Assembly: GCF_000711695.1 (NCBI RefSeq)
Contig: NW_013547020.1
Coordinates: forward strand, 310,001-374,000
Length of the DNA: 64,000 bases
Direction of reading: 5' to 3'
DNA from: Tilletiaria anomala UBC 951
Lineage: Eukaryota
The translations under genes were made by a program, and so were the position numbers. Positions 10,821-20,289 of the stretch are shown here, in pieces; position 1 is the first letter of the stretch, and each line of letters begins with the position of its first letter. A model generated the notes under the pieces. The model was given only the letters and a program-made list of their open reading frames with translations. It was not told the DNA's origin and searched no databases.

Positions 10821-13201
10821 GCCGATTCGCAGTGTCAGCTGCAGGCTCCTTACACCTCGCGCAAGGGAGCCGGAGAGAACCGAGTGCATTGTGACGTGTC
10901 GAGATGAGTGTGCCAAACTGCGGAGAGCTGCTAGGTAGGGTCCAACGGACAAGATAGTCATGAACGACGCAGCGAAGCCAACCTGACGATATGACCACTC
11001 CGCTCCTCTATCCCATGCGAACAGCCTCTCGAAACACTGAGTGAAATTTGGTTTGGAAGGTGTACGCGCTGCTTGAGCTGCGATCATAACTGTTACCCGC
11101 GGGGGAGACGGCAGGCACCGTCAGCTCGCTGATTTCGCGCAAGCACCACCGAGCACCACACTCACATCAACACGTCGCTTTCATTGCCCTTCAAGCAGCG
11201 CTCGCTGGCTCTCGTTGCATCCATCCTTACCACACGTGGCCAACAGCTAGATGGGAAGAAGCATTTGACAATGTAGAATCGAGGTGATATGTACAGACGG
11301 TGGATCGCTGGTTTGGATCTTGCCATCCCGTGCCAACATGGAACAGCAGGGGCTTCTTCGTTTGGGTGGCAACTGGCAAATGCGTATTGCTCTGCAGTCA
11401 AAGAGACTGTGTGCACTGTAGAAGAGATCACAGCCACCAGCGACCCCGGATAATGCGGCAATGCATATTCACGCCCGCTTGCCGCCTCAACAGAGCCTTT
11501 GGTTGTGCCTGTTTGGGTGTCTTGGTTTTGACAGATTTTAGGGTTGGGTTACGGGCCTTGGAACACTGTCTGAGATCCTTGTCGAGCATGGTCGTTTATC
11601 AGAATTCGTGGCCGCGAGACCGCGCGAGCGACGAGAAGTGATTTGTCTTTCCGATCTTGCCGCTCTCCGATTCGACTCTTGAGTCATAGCGAAAGTACGC
11701 TAGCCGTCGCCTGCATGACACCGGCCATCCTGCGACACTGGAACGTAGCACCATCTGTCTTGGACGTGGAAATCAATATAGTGGAACTTGTGCTGATAGG
11801 TACTATGTAAATGTAGCGTCGCGTTCATACATAATTAGCTCAACATACGATCATCATTAGAGAGTATGGAAGCATTCCGTTCTGTGGACAGCTGGATGTC
11901 TGGATGTCCAGATGCGTGAAGCGTGGTGCCTGGTATGTAGTTTGTACCTGGAGTCCTGGACCCAGCCTGGAGATTGGAGATGGCCTGATGCCGAACGCTG
12001 TGGATGGGCGATGACCTGATGCGACCAGCGATCAGTCGTTCTGGGTTTGGGGGGGGGCAGCACTCAGCAGCAGATGCATGTGTATATTACTGTATCAGTA
12101 TCATCAGAGAATTCAGAGTACGTGCTGGTGCAGCTCGCGAGTCTCATCTTCTCTACGGTCTCTCTCATTGGGCTCCTTGGGCGGCAAGACGTAAGGATTG
12201 GTAAACAAGGATCAAGTTGAGCTACCAGCACGGATGAGCACTTTCTTTCCAAGTGCTGACGCTCTGGAATCACATGGCAAACTGTGCTGGTTAATGGTTA
12301 GAATAGGCTTGAGCATGGGACCGAAACATCCGAGAATGCCAAAGACTTTCAGAATCCAACGAGCCTCATATCTATGGTCTTGCGTCGTACCTGCGCCTCG
12401 GAGGTGGAAGAGCCAGACGACGCTCGCACACGGCGCAACCCCCGCAAGCCGCAAAATTCAAGGCGTCACAACTGTGAGCGACTCTGTTTTGTGGATAATG
12501 TAGACTTAAATACACCCTGTAGAGATGGCTAAGGTGCACGTAATCCCATACTCGCTGGAGCTTCCACCGCTTCGACATGCCAGTCTCGACAGTCGACAGC
12601 CTTATCGCCGATCGTCGTAGGCCAAGTTAGTACGGTCCACCTATGCATGGACACTTGGCTGCTTACGCCTGCGCGCCATGCGCCAACTCAAGTGCCCACG
12701 CCTACGACCAAACGTCCGCAATGTCGAGTCATACTTTTGTACTTTCTTTTATGTGCCCAATTTCCTGCATCGGGAGAAAAGAATGAATAAAAAAATCCGA
12801 GGCGCGTGGAAGAGGCGGAAGGCACTGGGGCAGTCAATCTGACAACGTAGTGAGGAACGATGCTTTTTTTCCGCTCCTTAGGTTTCCCACGCTTGAAACG
12901 AGTGTCCGCTGACAATGGGCGTTGGTGCCTGTGTTTTGAATGACAACGGCTGAACCTTTTTTTTTTTTGATTTCGCCGCGCAGCGGCTGTGTGGGAGTGT
13001 GCGATTGATTCAACACTTGCAGTGCCTGGTAGAGGGCCCTTCGCCGTGGCCGTAGGCAAAACGCAAGGGCGGAGAGTAAGGAGAGCAAGAAGGCACTTTC
13101 TACAGTGGTTACTCAATATAAACGAAATATACACCCCCTTCTTTGCTGTCTGCTGCCAACTTGTATAAAGCACGCCTTCACCACCACCAACGCTTTAAGC
13201 C

Positions 13202-13208
13202 TATAAAA
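13202..13208 (+). promoter_or_regulatory. Candidate TATA box of the GCN4/cpcA gene
   Basis: TATAAAA followed by a C/T-rich tract and then an AUG-poor leader. Confidence 0.5.
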
Positions 13209-13387
13209 ATCCCTTCTTCCATTCCTCCACCGTCCTATCCCTCACCGAACCACTCAATTACAACACCAGCACCAATAGCGAAGCCGGGCTGATCGCTCGC
13301 ACAATTCAAACCACACTCTAGGCACCCTCCGAAGCGGGTCCCAATCCCTCCACAGACCACACCAGTATTCACCACAGAACAGGCACA

Positions 13388-13405
13388 ATGTCTCAATTCG
13401 TCTAA
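13388..13405 (+). promoter_or_regulatory. uORF1 (MSQFV*) of the GCN4/cpcA leader
   Basis: ACA-ATG TCT CAA TTC GTC TAA; first AUG after the TATA box, good context, short. Confidence 0.8.
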
Positions 13406-13594
13406 GCACCCCGGTCTACCTGACTATCTCCACTACCAACCAACCAGAAACCACAAACGCAATTATCAATCTGGATCTTTTGATCTAGATTGCCTATTCC
13501 CATCGACCACTCTATCGAGTGGAAGTCGAGACCTCCAGCAACCTTTCAAGTTGTCAGCTCCACTACACTACTTTACCTCCCAAACCCAATCACC

Positions 13595-13780
13595 ATGTTC
13601 ATCAACATGGCTTCCCAACGCCTCAACACCCGCTACTGGACCAAGTACCTCTCAACAACTGAGTACAACTCAACAGGAACTCCTTGTTCTGGAGGCAGCT
13701 CGTGCCATCCTCGAGCAACGCCGACAGACTCCCTCTCCTGCTACCCTCACTTTGGATCACAACCAAGGCCAGAACGGTAG
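13595..13780 (+). promoter_or_regulatory. uORF2 (61 aa, MFINMASQRL...) of the GCN4/cpcA leader
   Basis: ACC-ATG at 13595 with a second in-frame AAC-ATG at 13607, stop TAG 13778-13780, out of frame with the main CDS. Confidence 0.75.
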
Positions 13781-14069
13781 TCCCGCACACATAACCCTTT
13801 CACACTATTCCGATTTAGTTCCAGCTCGACTTCCGCCTCGTGCGACACAGTCAACGCAATTGATTCATCAGTTTTCCGGCCCCATTGATCATCGGTCTCA
13901 TTCTACCATTGCCCATTTCGTCCAACCGTTGACGCCATCTCACGGTCACAACGTCCACCAAGTGCACGCTTCTTCGTCAAGCTCCACCACTGTACACTAC
14001 CAACAATCTCAACAGCAGCAGCAGCTTCCGTCTACTTGCGACGAGCTCCAAAGCTTCATCGATTCCGTC

Positions 14070-15380
14070 ATGCAGTCTGTAGACGTGAACCACAACATCC
14101 CCCCTAGGTCCCTTGCAAGGGGTGAGCCCGAGCACACCATCCTCAGCTCCCATCCAGACAATAACCGCTGACATTCCATGTATCACACAGATGATTCGAC
14201 CTTCTCCCTGAAATCTGCCTCCTCACTTTTCACCGAATTTGACGCCAGCACCACTCAGATGACCAGTGCTTCGTCCCGCATGCCCTCGCCCGCTTTTGGC
14301 GACGACAGCGATGCAGCCAGCCCCGCGCTGAGCGACTCGCTGTCCTTTGACCTCGATTTCGAAGAGCTCATTGAAGCGAACGACGCGTCGGGGGACACGG
14401 CGGCTGACGGTGACGCGTTTATGTTTGCCAACGACAATACTGAAGCCAAGGACGATGACCTTGAACAGTTCAATGCTCTCGCGCAGATTGTCGCCGACTA
14501 CGGTCTTGCCACGCTCACAGCACTTGATCACACTGGCGATTCAGCTGTTTTCGACGTTGTTGCCGATGGCATAATTGGACACCATAGCAAAAGCGCCATG
14601 GAGATGGTCTTTTCGCCGTCCAATCTTGTGGTCGGACAGGCGCTCATTGACCGCGTCGGTCTTCCGCCCATGTCCAATGCGACAGTCCCGTCAATGCCCC
14701 AGCAGACGGGTGCCACTTCGGAGCTGCTTCGCATTCTGACCAACTCCGCTATCGCGCAAGCAGCCCTGGGCAACAGTATCGTTGCCGCGCCCACACCAGC
14801 ACCCGCCGCTGATGCACCGCCTGCCACCGCTAGCCCTGCTGAGTTGTCGCTTGTAAGCCCTCTGCCGCAGCCTGTTGTGATCGACAGCAAGTCTCCGGTG
14901 GCCGTTTCTGCTGCAGTTCAAACTTCCACCGCAGACACGGAGGCCGACACGAGTAGCAATGTCCGCCAGACGAGCAAGCGTAAGCGTGTTGCGGATCCCA
15001 ATGCGCTTCTACCGCTTGATGCGCCGATCCAGCCGCGTCAATACAAGGGTGCCTCGGCCACGTCGCGTAAGCCCTTGCCTGGCGTCGACCCGCAGGCTGC
15101 CTCCGACGCTGCCGTTCAGGCTCCTGCTCCAAAGAGGGGCAAGCGCGCGTCGTGTGCAGCATCTTTAGCGGATAGCGCCCCCCCGGTCGTCAGCGCTCAG
15201 CTGGCCAAGCGCATGAGCAACACACTCGCCGCACGTCGCTCGAGGCATCGCAAGGCTGAGGAGCTCAAGCAGCTGCACGACACGATTGAAGACCTCACGG
15301 CACAAGTTGAAGAGTGGAAGAGGAAGTACGAGGAGATGAAGTGGGAGAATGAGCGACTCGGTAAACACAGTAACAACTAG
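14070..15380 (+). CDS. GCN4: bZIP general amino-acid control activator (Gcn4/CpcA/Cpc-1)
   Basis: C-terminal KRMSNTLAARRSRHRK plus leucine zipper, PLDAPIQPRQY block, acidic N-terminal region. Intron 14122-14190 (GTGAGC...GCTGAC...CAG, 69 nt) makes ATG 14070 the first in-frame AUG; ATG 14178 is intronic. Confidence 0.88.
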
Positions 15381-16000
15381 GTCCAACTCGGGCAGTGCAA
15401 CGTCCATCTACCGTGCACCCATTCGGCCATGTTTTCGTTGGTCCTCGAGTCTGCGCGCTCCTGCTAAGCTAGGAGATCAACACTACCCGAACGCAAGGCG
15501 TTTGCATCGTCTCGCAACAATGCCGTCGTCTACTTTCGATCCAACCCCAAAAGGCACGCGCCAAACGCGTCCATCCATGGTGTTCCTTTTTTGATTCACA
15601 CCAATCTGTATCGGCCCCGACCCTTTCCTCCCTTGACATGTCACCTTCACACAAGCAACGGCATCGTAGTTAGCTGCTCTGTTTATATAGCGATTAGAGG
15701 AGATGATCAAGACGGTTTACTTCGCCTTGCATGCATTAAATGGAGCTCCTCGTGGACACCCTCTATGTATAGACAGTCCGCGCTATCTTGTATGGCTCTA
15801 TCAATTCTATCGTTTTGGTTTTTTTTACACATGCCCTTTGGTTTGTGTGGGGTTGTCCTCTGGAGCTATTCTTTGCTAAATGAGGCATTCAGATGCGTTG
15901 GTTACGAAACAGCCCTCCCACTTGATCACGGCAGTTGATTGTCCTATACTCTCACCGAGATGGAATTGGCGGTTCCACATTTGGCTATACCCCGTTCGGA

Positions 16001-16007
16001 TGAGTCA
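16001..16007. promoter_or_regulatory. Gcn4/AP-1 response element (TGAGTCA) upstream of TYR1
   Basis: ATGAGTCAA about 150 nt upstream of the TYR1 ATG. Confidence 0.5.
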
Positions 16008-16158
16008 ATTGTATAGTCAATTGAGTTTTCAGCCATAGGTCGAACGTCGGATACACGGTGCGGATTGCATTCCTCATTTTGCATGCATCATCTCATGCAC
16101 ATCTGCCTTTGAACTTGTTCACCTAGTCTGTCGCAAGGCCGTGCGAACATTAGCAACC

Positions 16159-17764
16159 ATGGCGGGAACGAATGCCGGTACTGCGGCGGCCCTCCCCTTG
16201 CAGGATGCCACTCCGGAAGAGAAGGCACGCATTCAGATCGGGCTGATCGGCATGGGCGACATGGGACGGTTGTATGCCTCGCGATTCGCCGCTGCTGGCT
16301 GGAAGCATATCAACGTGTGCGACCAGCCACAGCATTTTGAGGGACTTAAGAAGGAGTACGAACGGAATGAGAACATCAACGTGTTCCTGAACGGCCACCT
16401 CGTCTCACGGATCAGCGACTTTATCATCTACTCAGTCGAAGCGGCTTATCTGCGTGATGCTGTCGCTGCGTATGGGCCGTGTGAGTTGGGTTGCAGAACG
16501 ACGAGGTGCCAATGCGTGAGTGCTGACTAAAGATGGAATCAACGGACTTGCACAGCAACGAAGCCAGGTGCGATCGTGTCCGGCCAGACATCTGTCAAGG
16601 CGCCAGAGAAGAAGGCTTTCGAAGCGCACCTACCGCAAGATGTGCTGATTATCTCCTGCCACTCGCTTCATGGCCCAAAGGTCGACACCGCTGGTCAGCC
16701 GCTGGTATGTGGCAAGTACACGGGCGGCAATCTTGCTTTACACTGAAAGTAGCTGTCTGAATGCGCCCTTTTAGGTCCTGATCCAGCATCGCGCCCCGGA
16801 CGCTTCCATGCGTCTTGTCGAGCGTATCTTTGCTTGTTTTAAGAGCCGCTACGTCTACCTCTCCTATGAAGAGCACGACACGGTCACGGCCAACACACAA
16901 GCGGTGACGCATGCCGCCTTCCTTTCCATGGGCACGGCATGGCGTTGTGCGAATGATTACCCATGGGAAACGACGCGCTACCCCGGTGGAATCGAAACGG
17001 TCAAGATCAACATCATGCTCAGGATCTACAGCGCCAAATGGCACGTGTATGCCGGTCTGGCGATTCTCAATCCCGCTGCACGGATACAGGTCGAACAGTA
17101 CGCGACGAGCACCACGCAGTTGTTCAAGCTCATGATTGCCGAGAGAGAAGATGACCTCATGCAACGCGTCTTCGAGGGTCGCCGGAAGGTCTTCGGCTGG
17201 AAGGACGACGAAGAAGGTGCCGGTGGAGGAGACGGTGCGGCACCGCAGGCAGCGGGGAGCAATGCGGGCAAAGTGCCTCGCAAACCGATCCTCCTGAGCG
17301 ATACGCTTCTGGACCGCTTTCACCTCGCGGCAAGGAGAGCGATCACTGACGGCCAGCAGAGCGCTGCAGCGCCGACCGCGCAAAGCCCTCTGCCAAACTC
17401 CCACCTTGCACTGCTCGCTATCGTCGACTGCTGGAGTGCGCTTGGCATCGATCCGTACGCACACCTCGAGTTGGCTGCGACGCCTGTCTTTCGCATCTGG
17501 ATCGGCGTGTGCGAGTACCTCTTCCGATCGCCCCACCGCCTGCGCACCGCCTGCAAGGCCGCCGTCCAAGGGCGCGACTATCGCACAGACGACACCGAGT
17601 TCACGATCGCAGCTCGGGGATGGGCAGAGGCCGTGCGGTTTGGCAACTTCGACTTGTATAAGTATCGCTTCGAAGAGACGCGCGCCTTCTTTGAGCCGCG
17701 GTTTGAGGAGGCCGCCAAGGCGGGCGCGGAGATGCTTAAAGTCGTTGCGGTGGAGAGACCATAA
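16159..17764 (+). CDS. TYR1: Prephenate dehydrogenase (NADP+), tyrosine biosynthesis
   Basis: Rossmann IGLIGMGDMG, GQTSVKAPE, CHSLHGP, HDTVTANTQAVTH, KWHVYAGLAILNP. Introns 16481-16555 and 16705-16774. Confidence 0.95.
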
Positions 17765-17803
17765 AGGAGAACCAGAACCCTGAAAGCATCAAATAGCACT
17801 GTA

Positions 17804-19813
17804 TCATAAGATCCACTCCTGCAGACATGTACACTCTGCCCATCGCGCATCTAGCATCACTGACTCAAGCCAATCCTGCAGGCTCTTTCTCCGGTTCTCC
17901 AAATGTTTCGCGCCGTATTTGTGCAATAGGCCTGTCCGCCGAGGTGGTAAAGCTGGAAGAAAGCGCGCATACTCGGGACGCTCATCCAAAAGCTGTCTGT
18001 GCAGGGACACAAAGGCGCTGAATCGTCTATGGTTCGCAATGACAACACCTTGCTTGGTGACGATCCGGATGTGGAAGACGACCCAACCTCGCGCTTTCTC
18101 GCCGACCTCGCTCCAGCCTCGGATGCGCACCTCCCTTGCAAAGACACTGGAGGAGCAGCCTCTAAGCGAGCCGCGACTGCTATTGCGACGGTGGTGACCA
18201 ACGGAGTTGTTTGAGCCCTGTGAGCGATCGCTGATCGCCGAAGGTGTTAAAGATGAGACAGTGAGAATTGAAACAGGAAGCGACTGCAGCGACGCTGGCA
18301 GCGACTCGATGGATGGTTGGCTTGATGTATCATTACCATCATCAGCTTTGCCCTTGCCATTGTGCACGCGATCCCCGGCAGCAGCACGCCAGGACAGATC
18401 CGGCGACGAGGGCATAGAAAATGACCGCAACATGGCGCCTCCCTCGTCTTCATAACTCCCGATGGAGTTTCGTCGACGTTCGTCAGGGATCAGCGGCGTC
18501 TTGAACAGCGCTGCAGCACGAGCAGCGATCGACATCGGTGCCGCAGGTGGCAGCGAGGGAGATGTCTGTGTCGGGGTTGGTAATCTGTTCCTGTCACGGT
18601 CCTGTTCCATTACGAGGCCCGCTTGCGTCGCCGAAACCGTCTGCCAAGACTTTTTCTTGTTCGCATGGAGCTTGATCAGCTTACTCTGCACATGTGTCAC
18701 AGCAACGGGAGCCGCAGGACTGGACAGAGGAGAAATTGGTAGTGGACTTGGGGGAAGCGCAACACCGTGGATGGAGGACGATCGTGAAATGGGCCGCGAC
18801 GGGGGTGCTGGCAAAACAGAGCCATTTCGAGCCACAGTGTTAAGTAGGGGAAAGTCTGCCCTTTCAGCGGTAGGAACCGGAAGCGATGTATCTTCGACTG
18901 AATCGTTCGCCGTGTGAAAGGAAACGTCCGGAGTGTGATTCGACATTTCGGACTCATTCTGCATGGACAAATTAAGCTTGAGAGGGTCTGAGAGATCGAG
19001 CGAGCGCCGTCGTCCCGGTACTGCTGTTGGGAAGGATTGAAAGAAAAAGGCCGGAGTCGTTGCTTGTCTTTGGGTCTTCTCCTCTTCACGGATTTCTGTA
19101 ATTTCTTGTCGCTGCCGAAACACCATTTGTGAAGGAGGAGCGCTCGTTGTGCCAGAAACAACAGTCGTAGGGCTTTGCGCTCGCCGTCGGCCTGCCCGCA
19201 TCTGCCCGACCACTTTTCCGTTGACCACTCGCTCCCCAAACTCGTTCAACCAAACATCCTTGAGTGTCCCGTGCGCATCCTTGAACGGTGACCTTGGAGG
19301 GATGATCGACGTAGGACTGCCGGTTACACTTCTATCTGGTGCAGGCAGAGGTGTGGCGATGGGAGTGACTTCGCGCAGCGAGCCAATCATGGAATAAAGT
19401 CCGCCTGAAGGTAGCCAATCTTGGTCTGCAACTATTTCATTGGAGGAGCTGATGGTGATCTTTGCCTTTGCGCGTTGCTCAGGTGAAGTGCCACCGTCTC
19501 CACGAGACTGAGTATGGACTTTCTTCATGGTGCGAGGGGACCAAGCTTTTGACGGTCCGGCCTCATTTTCCTTCTCATCTTCGAACGAGCGAATCGGAAC
19601 GAGCTTGGAGCCCGCAGAATAGATCGGAGCCGGCGAAGTAAGTCGCAGAGGCGATGGGGTGATCAAGCGATCGATGGTATAACCTGTCGGGATCCTTGCC
19701 TTACCGCTTTGCGATGGCGTTCCTCGGGGTGATGGCAGTGCCAGGTCTAATAGCTCAGAGGTTGCCTCTTCGAGCTCTGCCACGAATATTCCATCATTTC
19801 CAAGGCTCGTCAT
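17804..19813 (-). CDS. PX-domain protein with long disordered N-terminus (Ypt35-like C-terminal PX)
   Basis: 669-aa ORF ending in a PX signature: HRRFSAFVSLHRQL...LPALPPRR...LENRRKSLQDWL. Confidence 0.8.
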   Translation of the reverse strand: MTSLGNDGIFVAELEEATSELLDLALPSPRGTPSQSGKARIPTGYTIDRLITPSPLRLTSPAPIYSAGSKLVPIRSFEDEKENEAGPSKAWSPRTMKKVHTQSRGDGGTSPEQRAKAKITISSSNEIVADQDWLPSGGLYSMIGSLREVTPIATPLPAPDRSVTGSPTSIIPPRSPFKDAHGTLKDVWLNEFGERVVNGKVVGQMRAGRRRAQSPTTVVSGTTSAPPSQMVFRQRQEITEIREEEKTQRQATTPAFFFQSFPTAVPGRRRSLDLSDPLKLNLSMQNESEMSNHTPDVSFHTANDSVEDTSLPVPTAERADFPLLNTVARNGSVLPAPPSRPISRSSSIHGVALPPSPLPISPLSSPAAPVAVTHVQSKLIKLHANKKKSWQTVSATQAGLVMEQDRDRNRLPTPTQTSPSLPPAAPMSIAARAAALFKTPLIPDERRRNSIGSYEDEGGAMLRSFSMPSSPDLSWRAAAGDRVHNGKGKADDGNDTSSQPSIESLPASLQSLPVSILTVSSLTPSAISDRSQGSNNSVGHHRRNSSRGSLRGCSSSVFAREVRIRGWSEVGEKARGWVVFHIRIVTKQGVVIANHRRFSAFVSLHRQLLDERPEYARFLPALPPRRTGLLHKYGAKHLENRRKSLQDWLESVMLDARWAECTCLQEWIL

Positions 19814-20289
19814 GATGTTGATTCCCTGTTAGTGGAGACGTGACGGAGATGCATCTCCAGACATCACGCCAAAGGGGGGGTGCAGATGCGCGCACGCGGA
19901 GCAGCTATAGCGGCTGCTTGCAGCCGGCAAGCTCAATACGACCTCATGCGAGGTGTTGCATGTTTTATCCACCAGGTCGTTGGGATCCTGTCCTTCGTGG
20001 GTCTGAATGAATGAGATACTGAGCATCAGACCAAGGCCATGGTTGTAAAGGTTCATAGTCAATACGTTCGCCACTTGCATGTTTCAGTTTCGCTCAAGCG
20101 CGTCTACGCGAAACAAGCAACTCGCCACGGTGGTTGAGGTGTTGGCTGTGTTACTTTCCACGACCATGGCAAGATTCTTGATGCGGGTACATGCTCAACA
20201 CCTTCTACTCGCTGCCAGGCTGCGCACCCCAAGAACACAGCTAGCTCGCAAGGCGTAAAAGAGCAACGGGAAACCGAATTCCACTTGAA

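Noticed and set aside
14178..14180. ATG 14178 as the GCN4 start (from the ORF track)
   Set aside because: It lies inside the intron 14122-14190, between the branch site and the acceptor.
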